Below the pieces are notes generated by a model. That model made no database searches, was not told where the DNA came from, and was given only the letters and a program-made list of their open reading frames with translations. Positions 28,445-38,849 of a stretch of DNA of 64,000 nucleotides are shown here, in pieces. A program made the position numbers and the translations under genes. Positions within the stretch are counted from its first letter, which is position 1. The number at the start of each line of letters is the position of its first letter. Source of the DNA: Patescibacteria group bacterium (GTDB taxonomy: Bacteria > Patescibacteriota > Gracilibacteria > UBA1369 > 2-02-FULL-48-14); assembly GCA_018816805.1 (NCBI GenBank), contig JAHIVE010000035.1, positions 37,575-101,574 on the forward strand, in the 5' to 3' direction.

Positions 28445-28729
28445 ATGGCTAATCCTGATACGACTGAAAGCCCCGCACGTGATTTTATTGAACACGTGGT
28501 TAAGGCGATTGTTGATACTCCAGATGAAGTGGAGGTTACTCAAACTGTTGACGATCTAGGCGTTCTTATTACTTTGAAAGTTGCTAAGAGTGATATGGGA
28601 AAGATTATTGGGAAGAGTGGGCAAACCGCTAAGGCGCTTAGAGTTCTGCTTAGAATGATGGGTGCTAAAAATGATGCAAGGTATAATTTGAAGATTATTG
28701 AGCCGGAAGGCGCTGAAATGGCGGCGTAA
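28445..28729 (+). CDS. khpA: KH-domain RNA-binding protein KhpA
   Basis: VKAIVDTPDEV...DMGKIIGKSGQTAKALR; follows rpsP. Confidence 0.92.
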   Translation: MANPDTTESPARDFIEHVVKAIVDTPDEVEVTQTVDDLGVLITLKVAKSDMGKIIGKSGQTAKALRVLLRMMGAKNDARYNLKIIEPEGAEMAA

Positions 28730-28773
28730 ATTTGTTGCTTCTTAAGGGGGGTTGGTGTAGAATTTTTTCTGCT

Positions 28774-29160
28774 ATGGATTTAATGTCTTATGTATTGACG
28801 GTGACCGAAGGGAGCGTGCTGGATGTGGCTCAGAGTTATGATGCCATTGAGATTATTAATCGTGGGATTGCGTATGCAATTATCATTGCCGGGTTTTTGA
28901 GTGTTGTCTTCATTTTCTTTGGGGGTATTTCTTTTATTCTTTCTGGAGGGCAGGAGGACAAGATTAAGCAGGCCGTTTCGACTATTCGATATGCGATTAT
29001 TGGACTTGTAGTGACTCTTATGGCGGTGGTGATTGTGGGGTTTGTGGGGAAGGCTCTGGGTCTGAATATTATTCAGTACATCAACCTTGGCGAAATATTC
29101 GATATGATTTCTGATCTTACGTCGACTACGGGTGGTGGTGGAGTTGATACGTTACGTTAA
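28774..29160 (+). CDS. CPR-type pilin (TrbC/VirB2-like)
   Basis: AGFLSVVFIFFGGISFILSGGQEDKIKQAVSTIRYAIIGLVV two-helix pilin motif. Confidence 0.8.
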   Translation: MDLMSYVLTVTEGSVLDVAQSYDAIEIINRGIAYAIIIAGFLSVVFIFFGGISFILSGGQEDKIKQAVSTIRYAIIGLVVTLMAVVIVGFVGKALGLNIIQYINLGEIFDMISDLTSTTGGGGVDTLR

Positions 29161-29621
29161 ACGGCAAGTTCCTTACCGTGCTCTGTGAGGGTTTTCCAGT
29201 CGTATGTGAAGCCGAAGTTTTCAATTGCGCGAACGAGCGAACCGTAGATGTACCAAACTGATAAGCGTGGGAACAAAAAGGCGTTGCCGCTTTCCTCAGA
29301 GGGGTTGTAGTTTTCTGCTGCGGGATGGAGCCCTTCCAGCATTACCGGGACTATGCCCGCCATGACAATATCTTTGAGATCCTTTGGTCGTTTGTTGGAG
29401 AAGACAACCCAGATGTCTGCTTCTTCCATGGCTTCTTCAAGAGAAAAAACGTGGGGCAGGGTTTCCGCTCCTTCGCCAATTACTTTTATGCGTGCGTCCA
29501 GTGTTTCAAGGCCGGGCTCTAGCTTTTCCAGTAGAGTTGGGTCTGCATCACGAATGTCCATGATTATGCGCGGAATTCTGACTTTAAGTTTGATTTGTGT
29601 TTTTGGGGACGGTTTTGCCAT
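29157..29621 (-). CDS. hypothetical protein resembling the C-terminal part of glycogen synthase
   Basis: ADIWV...GIVPV...ENYNPSEESGNAFLF...LVRAIENF...WKTL recalls the GlgA C-terminal lobe. Confidence 0.55.
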   Translation of the reverse strand: MAKPSPKTQIKLKVRIPRIIMDIRDADPTLLEKLEPGLETLDARIKVIGEGAETLPHVFSLEEAMEEADIWVVFSNKRPKDLKDIVMAGIVPVMLEGLHPAAENYNPSEESGNAFLFPRLSVWYIYGSLVRAIENFGFTYDWKTLTEHGKELAV

Positions 29622-29755
29622 ATTTTTTGATGGGTTGCTCCTTTCAGTCGCCTTAGCCTCGGCCTTTTGAGGAGGGCCTCCTTCACACTCACGCTTGTTC
29701 GTGTGTGATTAAATAATTATAGCCCATTTTTACGGGTTTGACCAGGGCGTAGGGC

Positions 29756-29783
29756 TTGACGAGGATAGGAATTATGTTAGAGT
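29756..29783 (+). promoter_or_regulatory. sigma70 promoter, leaderless geometry
   Basis: TTGACG-16 nt-TAGAGT (extended TG), ATG 6 nt downstream. Confidence 0.6.
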
Positions 29784-29789
29784 TTCAGC

Positions 29790-30248
29790 ATGGACGAAAA
29801 GCTAGAAATGTTGGGTTATTCAGATGATGCAGGGATTGCCCTGGTTGAACTTGTGGCTGAGCAGGGTATTGATGAAGAGCTTATGGCTAAAATTATTGGA
29901 ATGGATGATGATGAGATTTATCGGATTGCGAACAGATTTAGGGGGAAGGCGGCTACTCTTTTGATGCAGTATATGGAGTATGCCAGAGACTTAGAGAATG
30001 GTTTTCGGTGGAGCGAAGAAAGGTTGGAGGCTTATAATGGTGATATGGAGCGATGCAAAACCTTGCATGCGGCAATGGAAAAATTGAAAGTTGCACTGGG
30101 GCCGGCTAAAAAAGGTGAGGCTGCTTGCAATGCAATTGATAGTGCATTAAATGATCCATTGTGGCTTAAAATGCGGGAAAAGTCTGAGGTTCCACAATTT
30201 CGATTTCTTGCAATTCTTGATTGGGTGAAAAAAATTGGCTTAATATGA
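29790..30248 (+). CDS. hypothetical helical protein
   Basis: 152-aa ORF; similar to the C-terminal half of the next ORF. Confidence 0.7.
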   Translation: MDEKLEMLGYSDDAGIALVELVAEQGIDEELMAKIIGMDDDEIYRIANRFRGKAATLLMQYMEYARDLENGFRWSEERLEAYNGDMERCKTLHAAMEKLKVALGPAKKGEAACNAIDSALNDPLWLKMREKSEVPQFRFLAILDWVKKIGLI

Positions 30249-31093
30249 ATGAAGGGGTAGACAGAAGTGGGGATAGCACGTTGACTCCTGAATTGCAGGA
30301 GGTGGTGGATCGCGCACTGAGAAACAGTCCGCCTTCTATTGTTGCAGAGTTGGATGGGTTGCAGTGGGGAGATTTGCTGAGAATTGCCGTGGATTTGGCC
30401 AGGAGGCTTGATGAATGGACTCGGGATAGGAATCCACATGAAGAATGTGATCCTTTTGAGGTCTATTATTATTTTGAAATCTTAGAGGAAATTGCTGCTG
30501 AATTTAGGTCTAGGGACAGGAATTTGAGTGAAAGTGTGATTGCAAATTTTCAAGGGTCGATAAGCCTCTTTAGTGTGTTTTTTCGTAACTGGGAAAAGTC
30601 CGAGCAAAATAAGGCAGTTAACGCTGCAAATGGGAAGGCAATGGTAATTGTTACGACTGCAATCCAGGAAGGGAAATTTGATGAGGATTTGGTTAGCAGA
30701 GTGTGGGATTTGGATGCGTTGGAAATATATTCACTTGTGCGTCTTTTGAACAGTAGGGCGAAGGCCCGTTTGGATAGAGTGTGGGCAGTTTATGATGAGT
30801 GTTCACGGGGTGGTTGGCCGGATGAAAATCAGTTAGCTCGTTTTGAGGCGGACAAGGCGGCATATTTAAAGTTAAGAGGACTACAGGCTAATTTGTTTGC
30901 TTTGCTTGAAGGAATGGGGGCGGCCCCGGGTATGGAAGAAAGCCTCAGGGATGTTTGTAAAGATTTACTGGCTTCACTGCAGGAAAGAAGGGGTAGGTCG
31001 GCTTGTAATCTTGAGGTTATCAACAATCCAATGGTGAGACTTTTTTCAATGCAGATGAGAAGTTTATTAATGAAAGTTGGAGGCAAGGATTAG
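30245..31093 (+). CDS. hypothetical helical protein
   Basis: ATG 30245 overlaps the upstream stop (ATGA); shares a domain with 29790-30248. Confidence 0.7.
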   Translation: MNEGVDRSGDSTLTPELQEVVDRALRNSPPSIVAELDGLQWGDLLRIAVDLARRLDEWTRDRNPHEECDPFEVYYYFEILEEIAAEFRSRDRNLSESVIANFQGSISLFSVFFRNWEKSEQNKAVNAANGKAMVIVTTAIQEGKFDEDLVSRVWDLDALEIYSLVRLLNSRAKARLDRVWAVYDECSRGGWPDENQLARFEADKAAYLKLRGLQANLFALLEGMGAAPGMEESLRDVCKDLLASLQERRGRSACNLEVINNPMVRLFSMQMRSLLMKVGGKD

Positions 31094-31132
31094 GCGTTTT
31101 ACCGCGGGCGGGAAGACGTGTACACTTTTGGC

Positions 31133-32059
31133 ATGAAAAAGTTTGTGATTATTGACGGAAATGCCATTATTCACAGGTGTTATCATGCTCTGCCAAAGAC
31201 TTTGAAAGCGCCTTCCGGCGAGCTCACGAATGCAGTTTATGGGTTTACGTCCATACTTTTGGGCATTTTGGAGTATGAAAAGCCGGATTATTTGGCGGTG
31301 GCGTGGGATATGAAGGGGCCGACTTTTCGGCATGAGGAAATGGAGTCTTATAAAGCCACTCGGGCTAAAACAGATGATGAGCTTATTGGACAATTTCCGC
31401 TGACTCGCAGCGTTCTTGAGGCAATGGAGATTCCGCAGTTTGGAAAGGAAGGTCTGGAGGCGGACGACTTTTTGGGGATGGTGGCGGCGGATGTGCGGGG
31501 ACATCACAGTGATGTTGCTGTTGTGATTGTGACGGGAGATCAGGATGCGTTTCAGTTGGTTCGTGATGGGGTGACGGTGGTGACGCCGGTGTCCGGGTAT
31601 AAAGAGGTGAAAAGGTATGATAGGGAGGCGGTTAAGGCAAAAATGGGCGTGTGGCCGGAGCAGGTGGCGGACTACAAGGGGCTGTGCGGGGACTCGAGCG
31701 ATAATTTGTTGGGTGTGCCGGGGATTGGGAAGAAGACAGCGACTTCTTTATTGGAAAAGTTTGGGTCGGTTGAGGGGATTTATTCGCGTCTTTCGGAAGT
31801 TATGCCGGAACGGATTCGGAGTCTTTTAAATGAGCATGAGAAAGAGGCGCGGCAATGTAAAAGGATGGCTACAATTTTGTCCAAGGAAGATGGGTTTAGT
31901 GTGGATTTGGGGAAATGCGCGGTGCATGAGTTTTCCATGGATAACGTGAGGGAGCTTTTTGGGCGGATGGCGTTTAGGTCTCTGCTTGGACGGGTGGAAG
32001 TTTTGGACAAAGAGTGGTCAAAAAGGCGAGCGGAGGAAAAGCAGGTGAGTTTGTTTTAG
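31133..32059 (+). CDS. stand-alone 5'-3' exonuclease (PolA N-terminal/FEN-like)
   Basis: IIDGNAIIHRCYHA, TNAVYGF, YKATR, LEADD, TGDQD, GDSSDNLLGVPGIGKKTA; no polymerase domain. Confidence 0.92.
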   Translation: MKKFVIIDGNAIIHRCYHALPKTLKAPSGELTNAVYGFTSILLGILEYEKPDYLAVAWDMKGPTFRHEEMESYKATRAKTDDELIGQFPLTRSVLEAMEIPQFGKEGLEADDFLGMVAADVRGHHSDVAVVIVTGDQDAFQLVRDGVTVVTPVSGYKEVKRYDREAVKAKMGVWPEQVADYKGLCGDSSDNLLGVPGIGKKTATSLLEKFGSVEGIYSRLSEVMPERIRSLLNEHEKEARQCKRMATILSKEDGFSVDLGKCAVHEFSMDNVRELFGRMAFRSLLGRVEVLDKEWSKRRAEEKQVSLF

Positions 32060-32312
32060 GGCTTGCTGCTGTTCAATTTATTTGTTCGGGTGATTTTAGA
32101 CGATTTTGGGCATATGACGGTTTGTAAAAAAAGTCACAGGGAAAGTGGTGATTTTAAACTGGTGGATGGGGCAGAAAACGCGGCTTGCTGCAGCGTCAAA
32201 AGGGTGGGTACATTTTGTGTTCAGGAGGTGCGAAATGCCGCTTTTTTTACAATAAAAGGCTTGCTTGCCTGGTGCTCTTGGGGTAGAGTCGGGACTACCG
32301 TAAAATAAACTT

Positions 32313-33560
32313 ATGCCAAAACATAAAGTAATTGCAGGTCTGGACGTTGGAAATTCGAAAATTAGGACAGTAATTGCAGTAATGGACGAGCAGAGTTCAA
32401 CTCCAAATATTTTGGGGGTTGGAGTGTCGCCTTCAGGCGGACTTAGAAAGGGTGCTGTGATTGATGTGGAGGAGACTGTGAGAAATATTTCATCCGCGCT
32501 TGAGGATGCTGAAAGGATGGCCGGAGAACCGGTTCATCATGTGTTTTTGGGGATTGGCGGGTCACACATTTCGTCGCAAGATAGCAAGGGTGTGATTGCC
32601 ATTTCACACAGTGGGAATGAAATTATTGAGGATGATGTGGACAGGGTTTTGGAGGCGGCGCAGGCAGTTGCAATTCCGAGCAACAGAAGGATTCTGAGGA
32701 TTATTCCAAAGTCGTTTACCGTTGATGAACAGAGCGGAATTAAGTATCCGGTTGGAATGACAGGGATTCGGCTTGAGGTTTTGGCGCATTTGGTGACAGG
32801 ATTGGTTCCGGCGGTGAAGAACATTGAAAAATGTGTGCATCAGGCTGGAGTGGACATAAATGACATTATTCCGGCTGGTTTGGCGGCGAGCGAGGCCGTG
32901 CTCACCAAGCGTCAGAAAGAGCTTGGGGCTTTGGTGGTTGATATTGGTTGTGGAGGAACGAATGTGGCAGTTTTTGAAGAGGGGACGGTTTTGCACACAG
33001 CTTCTCTTCCGATTGGAGGGGAGAATGTGACGAACGACATTGCAATTGGGCTTAGAACTTCAATTGACACGGCTGAGAAGATTAAAATTGATTATGGAAC
33101 TTGTATGCCGGAGGATGTGCATGATAGGGAGACTATTGACCTTTCGCTCATGAGCAAGATTGACACTGCGACTGTTTCCAAGAAGCAGTTGGCGCAAGTG
33201 ATCCAGGCCAGATATCATGAAATTTTTGTGATGGTGAAGGCTGAAATGGCCAAGATCCAAAGAGATGGAATGCTTCCTGCGGGGGCAATTTTGACCGGAG
33301 CGGCCGTTAAGATGCCGGGCGTGATTGATTTGGCTCGGGAGGTTTTGAATTTGCCGGTGCAGATTGGTTTTCCAACTAATTATGAAGGTGTTGTAGACAA
33401 GATTGAAGACCCGGCTTATGCAACGCCAATTGGACTAGCTATTTGGGGATCCAGGTTTCAGGGTGACAGCTACTCTGGAATGAGACTGGACCTCAAAGGT
33501 TTCTCAATGGACAAAATGACCCAAGGACTCAAGAACTGGGTCCGTGGACTATTACCTTAG
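32313..33560 (+). CDS. ftsA: cell division protein FtsA
   Basis: [42 protein letters not shown]. Confidence 0.97.
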   Translation: MPKHKVIAGLDVGNSKIRTVIAVMDEQSSTPNILGVGVSPSGGLRKGAVIDVEETVRNISSALEDAERMAGEPVHHVFLGIGGSHISSQDSKGVIAISHSGNEIIEDDVDRVLEAAQAVAIPSNRRILRIIPKSFTVDEQSGIKYPVGMTGIRLEVLAHLVTGLVPAVKNIEKCVHQAGVDINDIIPAGLAASEAVLTKRQKELGALVVDIGCGGTNVAVFEEGTVLHTASLPIGGENVTNDIAIGLRTSIDTAEKIKIDYGTCMPEDVHDRETIDLSLMSKIDTATVSKKQLAQVIQARYHEIFVMVKAEMAKIQRDGMLPAGAILTGAAVKMPGVIDLAREVLNLPVQIGFPTNYEGVVDKIEDPAYATPIGLAIWGSRFQGDSYSGMRLDLKGFSMDKMTQGLKNWVRGLLP

Positions 33561-33604
33561 ATTTTATTGCCGCTTTAGCGGCTTCCCCTAACCCCCCTTC
33601 GCTT

Positions 33605-34843
33605 ATGGCAGCAAGCGACAACAAAAAAAACGACGACAGTCTTAAAAATCTTTTTTCTTCTTCCAGCGCAAAACGGCGCAATTTTGAAGTAACACCTGAT
33701 GTTTCGCCGGTTGCGCGAATTAAAGTTATTGGTGTTGGAGGAGGAGGAGGCAATGCTTTGAACCGAATGGTTCGCTCAAATATTCAAGGAATTGAATTTA
33801 TTGCGGTTAACACAGATGCGCAGGCTCTTTATCATAATGAGGCTTCGATCAAAATCAATATTGGTAAGGCAACTACGCGTGGACTTGGAGCCGGAAGTCA
33901 TCCGGAAGTGGGGAAACAGGCGGCTGAAGAGTCGAGCGAGGAAATTAAGCAGGCGATTGATGGAGCCGATATGGTTTTCATTACTTGCGGACTTGGAGGA
34001 GGAACCGGGACCGGCGCTTCTCCTGTGATTGCGGAGATTGCGCGTGATCTTGGAATTTTGACGGTTGGAGTTGTTACCAAGCCGTTTTCATTTGAGGGAC
34101 ATCGCAGAAAAACGCAAGCGGAAGAAGGGCTTGAAAACTTGAAGAATAAAGTTGATACGCTGATTACAATTCCAAATGACAAAATTTTGTCTTTGATTGA
34201 TAAAAAGACTCCTCTGACGGAGGCGTTTACGGTTGTGGATGATGTACTCCGGCAAGGTGTGCAGGGTATTTCAGACTTGATTACCGTGCATGGAATGATC
34301 AACGTGGACTTTGCGGATGTTCGCGCAATTATGGAAAATGCCGGATCCGCTTTGATGGGAATCGGATATGGGGCCGGCGAGCAACGCGCTACTGAGGCTG
34401 CTCGTGCGGCTATTGAAAGCCCTCTGCTTGAGCTTGATATTCAAGGCGCGAAAGGCATTTTGTTCAATATTACCGGAGGAACAGACCTTTCAATGTTTGA
34501 GGTGGATGAAGCTGCGCGAATTATTACTGAGGCGGCTGATCCTGAAGCAAACATTATTTTTGGATCTGTTGTGAACGACTCTTACACCGGTGAGATCAAA
34601 ATTACCGTGGTTGCCACCGGATTCGATGATCACAAGAGGTCTATCAATATTGCCAGGCCGCTTGGCGACATGAGAGGGTATCATCATAGGTCAGTTGCTC
34701 CGGCACCGGCGCCATCTGCTCCTCAACATTCGCTTTCAATGGATGACGAAAGGCCTATTAGCACACCTCAAATGCCGGCGGCTGAAGATGGTGGCAGTGA
34801 ATATGATATTCCGGCGTTTATTCGTCAGAAAATGCAGAAGTAA
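33605..34843 (+). CDS. ftsZ: cell division protein FtsZ
   Basis: [27 protein letters not shown]-terminal DIPAFIR. Confidence 0.99.
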   Translation: MAASDNKKNDDSLKNLFSSSSAKRRNFEVTPDVSPVARIKVIGVGGGGGNALNRMVRSNIQGIEFIAVNTDAQALYHNEASIKINIGKATTRGLGAGSHPEVGKQAAEESSEEIKQAIDGADMVFITCGLGGGTGTGASPVIAEIARDLGILTVGVVTKPFSFEGHRRKTQAEEGLENLKNKVDTLITIPNDKILSLIDKKTPLTEAFTVVDDVLRQGVQGISDLITVHGMINVDFADVRAIMENAGSALMGIGYGAGEQRATEAARAAIESPLLELDIQGAKGILFNITGGTDLSMFEVDEAARIITEAADPEANIIFGSVVNDSYTGEIKITVVATGFDDHKRSINIARPLGDMRGYHHRSVAPAPAPSAPQHSLSMDDERPISTPQMPAAEDGGSEYDIPAFIRQKMQK

Positions 34844-35438
34844 AGACTCTTAGTGCTTGCAAAAGACAACCTTTGCGATTCTTTGTTTCTTCAATGATTA
34901 GGTCTGGTTTTTTGGTGGTGACCGGAGGTTCAATTGTCCCTGTAGATGCGGGTGGTTCGCTGAGGTAGATTTTTCCTAAATGACCCAGGAGGTTATTTGC
35001 GTCTTCATTGGTGAGGACGTCTGGATATCTTATTTCCTCTGCCTCTCCGTTTGCAAAATAGAGACATATGGAGTAATTGCATGCGCCCCGTGGGTCGATT
35101 TCCGATGAAATATCAGCTTTCACGCATTGCTGGCCGCTAGGGAGTTCATACGGGCTGGCAAATGTGGCGACAAGTAGCTGGTTTTCTACTTTTCTTCCGT
35201 CCGGGGTTTTGCTGGTTTCTTTTTTTAATTTTCCCTCATCTTGTTGATATGTATGGGCGCTTCGCATTCCTGCATGCTCAAGCATTATACCGTTTTTTTG
35301 AAAAGCTGCTCTGCTGTCTTCGCGCTTGGCTGCTCTCATAAGTTCTGAGACCTGCCTGACGGCGTATCTTCGTTCTGTAAATCCTGGGGTTTCGTTAAGC
35401 ATAGACCTCAATATATTCCGGGATCTTGGCTTGGACAA
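34818..35438 (-). CDS. hypothetical protein
   Basis: 206-aa ORF convergent with ftsZ; start uncertain (TTG 35438 or ATG 35402). Confidence 0.6.
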   Translation of the reverse strand: MSKPRSRNILRSMLNETPGFTERRYAVRQVSELMRAAKREDSRAAFQKNGIMLEHAGMRSAHTYQQDEGKLKKETSKTPDGRKVENQLLVATFASPYELPSGQQCVKADISSEIDPRGACNYSICLYFANGEAEEIRYPDVLTNEDANNLLGHLGKIYLSEPPASTGTIEPPVTTKKPDLIIEETKNRKGCLLQALRVFTSAFSDE

Positions 35439-35453
35439 GTTGATTTTGTGTGT

Positions 35454-35837
35454 TTATGCCGTGGGACCGTCTTTGGCGGGAAGCTGAGAAGCGGGGACTT
35501 TGTCTTCATTATGTCCGTCAACTTCAAGGGGTTCTTGAAGGGGTCCGAGCACCACGTTTAATGCTTTTGCAATTTGTTCTCTTGTGGCGTCTGATCTGAC
35601 TTTTAAGACCATGTCCCGGCCTGCAAGGCGGCTTTCCGTGTCAATTTGTACCGGCTGGATGTGCTTTGTTTCCGGAGTCAAAGGCACAGCCGCAATGTTT
35701 TCTTTTAATTTTTTCAGGGCTGGATTGTTTTCAGGACTTGATCCGGTTTCTTGTTCAACTTGCTTGAATGCGGCGTCTACTTCCGGGAAAACTTTTGCGG
35801 TTTCAAGTAATTCTGGTTTTTGTAGGTCGTCTTGCAT
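35454..35837 (-). CDS. hypothetical protein
   Basis: 127-aa ORF with protein-like composition. Confidence 0.65.
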   Translation of the reverse strand: MQDDLQKPELLETAKVFPEVDAAFKQVEQETGSSPENNPALKKLKENIAAVPLTPETKHIQPVQIDTESRLAGRDMVLKVRSDATREQIAKALNVVLGPLQEPLEVDGHNEDKVPASQLPAKDGPTA

Positions 35838-35933
35838 TTTTTATTGTTAAATCTTGTTATTATACCTTATTTCTAGGTCTGCGTAAAGGGGGTTTGGGGG
35901 GCTCAGGGCGTGTTTTTTTTGTAAAATATGCGC

Positions 35934-36929
35934 ATGGAAGTTAGATTTTTAAAACCGACGGATGCGAAAATGCTTGAGGAATTTGTCGTAGAGCATCCTG
36001 ACGGCTTTATTGAGCAGACTTGGGCGTGGGGAGAGCTGCAGACTACTGTACCGGGAAGGGTGGCGTTTTATGTGTGGGGAGTTTTTGAAGATTCGCGACT
36101 GGTTGGGTCTATGTTGGTGATTCGGCAGCATATGGCCATGGATAAGTGCTGGCTTTGGTGTCCGCGCGGGCCTCTTTTGCCGGAAAAAGATAGAAGCAAG
36201 GTGTGGAATTTGCTTAAGCAGGAAGTTAGCGCTATTGCCAGGAAGGAAGGGGACGTGTATTTGAGGATTGAGCCGGGAGCAAGAGAGGGTGATGATTGGC
36301 CTGTAAAGGGTGCTTATACAAAAGATAGGTATGTGCCGGGGGAAACTATGATGATTGATTTAACTAGGGAAGAGGAGTCAATTAGAGCTCAAATGACGCA
36401 AAAGGGGCGCTACAACATAAAACAGGCGGTGAAGGCGGGGGTTTATGTGGTGAAGTCGGATATGACAGATTTTAGGGATTTTTGGGATATGATGGAGGAG
36501 ACGGCGGAGAGAGATGGGTTTCATTTGCATTCAAGGAATTTTTACGAGTCTTTTTATGATATTTTGGGCAACAAAGTGCATGTTTATTTGGCAAAAATTG
36601 ACAAGGAGACTGTGGCGGGGATGTTCGGGGTTGGGTTTGGGGATACTTTTGTTTATTATTTTGGGGCGTCTTCTGATTCGCACAGGAAGGCGTATGCGCC
36701 GTATGCGCTGCAGTGGTTTGCCATTGAGTCCGCCAAAAGACATGGTTATAAATGGTATGATTTTTTGGGTGTTGCTCCGGAGGGAGATGAGCGGCATTCT
36801 TTGGCGGGTGTGACGCAGTTTAAGTCGCGGTTTGGGGGAAGGCGGGTAAAATATAAAGAAGCCTCCGTGTTGGTGTTTAAACCGTTTTGGTGGATAGCAG
36901 TGAAGTTGGCGAAAGCGAGGGTTCGCTAA
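35934..36929 (+). CDS. FemAB/FemX family peptidoglycan bridge aminoacyltransferase
   Basis: EQTWAWGE, CPRGP, RIEP, IDLT, RYNIKQA, YYFGAS, YDFLGV, GVTQFKSRFGG. Confidence 0.9.
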   Translation: MEVRFLKPTDAKMLEEFVVEHPDGFIEQTWAWGELQTTVPGRVAFYVWGVFEDSRLVGSMLVIRQHMAMDKCWLWCPRGPLLPEKDRSKVWNLLKQEVSAIARKEGDVYLRIEPGAREGDDWPVKGAYTKDRYVPGETMMIDLTREEESIRAQMTQKGRYNIKQAVKAGVYVVKSDMTDFRDFWDMMEETAERDGFHLHSRNFYESFYDILGNKVHVYLAKIDKETVAGMFGVGFGDTFVYYFGASSDSHRKAYAPYALQWFAIESAKRHGYKWYDFLGVAPEGDERHSLAGVTQFKSRFGGRRVKYKEASVLVFKPFWWIAVKLAKARVR

Positions 36930-37189
36930 AGCTTTTCAAGAAGTGATTTAATCCATTCGACAGGTGCCACCAGGCAGCCTTGCGGATTTTCATTTCTAAG
37001 GAGTGCGGCTCTGGGTATGTATTCAGATTCAGGTGCTGGGTCCGGTGATTTGGCGAATTGTACGGTTTTTAGATTTGGTGGAACCGGGGGTGGGCCTGGG
37101 ACGTGAGATCTGTCAGGAGAGCCTTGGTTGGTTTCTATGTCGTCCTCTCCAAGGTAGTCAAAGAGGGTTTCGTTTCTGGGCTCTGCCAT
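36926..37189 (-). CDS. hypothetical proline-rich protein
   Basis: 87-aa ORF directly after the def stop. Confidence 0.55.
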   Translation of the reverse strand: MAEPRNETLFDYLGEDDIETNQGSPDRSHVPGPPPVPPNLKTVQFAKSPDPAPESEYIPRAALLRNENPQGCLVAPVEWIKSLLEKL

Positions 37190-37684
37190 TTAAATGTTGG
37201 TAACGTTTTCTGTGTTGTTTTCTTTGATGTTTTTGGCCTTGTCTATGAAGAGAATGCCGTCCAGGTGGTCAATTTCATGTTGGACTACGCGGGCGTTGAA
37301 GTCTTCAAGTTCGATTGTGTGGGTTTTCCCGTTGAAGTCTGTGAAGCTTACGGTTATTTCCTTTGCGCGCTTTACTTGACCCCAGGTTTTGGGGAGGGAA
37401 AGGCAGCCTTCTTCTCCCAATACTGCTTTGTCTGATTTTTCTAAAATGGCCGGGTTGAGCATGGGCACGTAGGCTTCGTCTTTTTCTCCGGGGTTTAGGG
37501 TGCAAACAATTAAGCGAATGTTGCGGCCAACCTGCGGAGCTGCAAGACCGACCCCTTTTTCTGCAAGCATTGTGCGAACCATATCCAAAGCAAACATTCT
37601 GAGCTCTCCTGTGATTTTCTCAACAGGGGCTGAGACTGTTCTTAGGATTTTGTTGTCGGTGCCGGTTTCAACATGAAGCGTCAT
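37190..37684 (-). CDS. def: peptide deformylase
   Basis: GVGLAAPQVG, EGCLS, QHEIDHLDG. Confidence 0.97.
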   Translation of the reverse strand: MTLHVETGTDNKILRTVSAPVEKITGELRMFALDMVRTMLAEKGVGLAAPQVGRNIRLIVCTLNPGEKDEAYVPMLNPAILEKSDKAVLGEEGCLSLPKTWGQVKRAKEITVSFTDFNGKTHTIELEDFNARVVQHEIDHLDGILFIDKAKNIKENNTENVTNI

Positions 37685-37763
37685 CGGGTTCAGTTTAATT
37701 TATTTAGGGTGATATTGTGCCTTGTTGGGGATGTTTTGTCAAGGGGGCGGCAGGTTGGGCAGC

Positions 37764-38849
37764 TTATTTTTCCTGCCGGAGGCTCGCCTCAATAAATTCG
37801 TCCAGGTTGCCGTCCAGGACGTCGTCAATTTGGGAGGTTTCGTGGTTGGTGCGGTGGTCCTTGACCATTTGGTAAGGCTGCATTACGTAAGAGCGGATTT
37901 GGTTCCCCCAGGAGTGCTGAGTGTGTTCGCCGCGGACCGAGGAGATGTTTTCAAGGTGGTGTTGTTCTTGCAGTGACACCAGTTTTGCTTTGAGTCGGGC
38001 GAGGGCTTGTTGTTTGTTTTGGAGTTGGGAGCGTTCGCTTTGGCAGGTGATTACCAGGCCAGTGGGTTTGTGCGTTAGGCGAACGGCCGAGTCCGCTGTG
38101 TTGACGGATTGGCCGCCGGCGCCGGAGGAGCGGAAAACGTCCCACTCAATGTCTTCTTCTTTGATTTCGACTTCTTCTTCCGGGATTTGGGGCGTGACTT
38201 CAACTAGTGCGAATGAGGTTTCACGGGTGGATTTTTGGGCGAAAGGGGAGATGCGAACCAGGCGGTGGACACCGTTTTCGTGCTTTAAGTAGCCATATGC
38301 GAATGGGCCGGAGACCAAGTAGGAGGCGGACTTTATACCGGCTTCGGCGCCGGGGGTTTTGTCCAGCTCTTCTGTACGCCAGCCGCGTTTTTCGGCAAAG
38401 CGGAGGTACATGCGCATTAGCATTTCAGCGAAATCCTGTGCGTCCGTACCTCCGGTGCCGGCGTGGAACGAAATTATGGCGCTGTTTGTGTCGTAAGGAC
38501 CTGCAAGGTAGAGTTCAATGTTAAGTTTGGCGTGGGTTTTCTCTAGTTCGTCTATGGTGCGGGTGACGTCTTGGATCGAGTCGGCGTCAGCTTCGTCTAT
38601 CATTTCAAGTAGTTCAACGGTGTCTTTAATGTCAAATTGGAGCTTCTCCCATTCTTCAATTGTTTGGCGAAGGTGGCCGGCTTTCTGGGAAACTTGTTGA
38701 GCTTTTTCGTTGTCGTCCCAAAAGTTTGGTTCGCTCATTTGGGCGTCCATCTCGGTGAGTCGGGCTTTTTTGGCTGGGAGATCAAGGTGAGTGACCGACT
38801 TTTCGGTTTCGCTTTGAAGAAGGTCGAGGCGTTCAGAGAGTTCTTGCAT
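37764..38849 (-). CDS. prfB: peptide chain release factor 2 (continuous frame)
   Basis: GTGGTDAQDF, GVHRLVRISPF (SPF anticodon), GAGGQ, WGNQIRSYV. Confidence 0.96.
   Translation of the reverse strand: MQELSERLDLLQSETEKSVTHLDLPAKKARLTEMDAQMSEPNFWDDNEKAQQVSQKAGHLRQTIEEWEKLQFDIKDTVELLEMIDEADADSIQDVTRTIDELEKTHAKLNIELYLAGPYDTNSAIISFHAGTGGTDAQDFAEMLMRMYLRFAEKRGWRTEELDKTPGAEAGIKSASYLVSGPFAYGYLKHENGVHRLVRISPFAQKSTRETSFALVEVTPQIPEEEVEIKEEDIEWDVFRSSGAGGQSVNTADSAVRLTHKPTGLVITCQSERSQLQNKQQALARLKAKLVSLQEQHHLENISSVRGEHTQHSWGNQIRSYVMQPYQMVKDHRTNHETSQIDDVLDGNLDEFIEASLRQEK

Noticed and set aside
29622-29709. SRP RNA, or glycine/ZTP riboswitch
   Set aside because: Only short motif similarity (GCGACTG, GAAAGGAGCAA); the required helices and 3' elements are missing.
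32140-32210. MraZ boxes upstream of ftsA
   Set aside because: GTGG motifs lack the regular 10-bp spacing.
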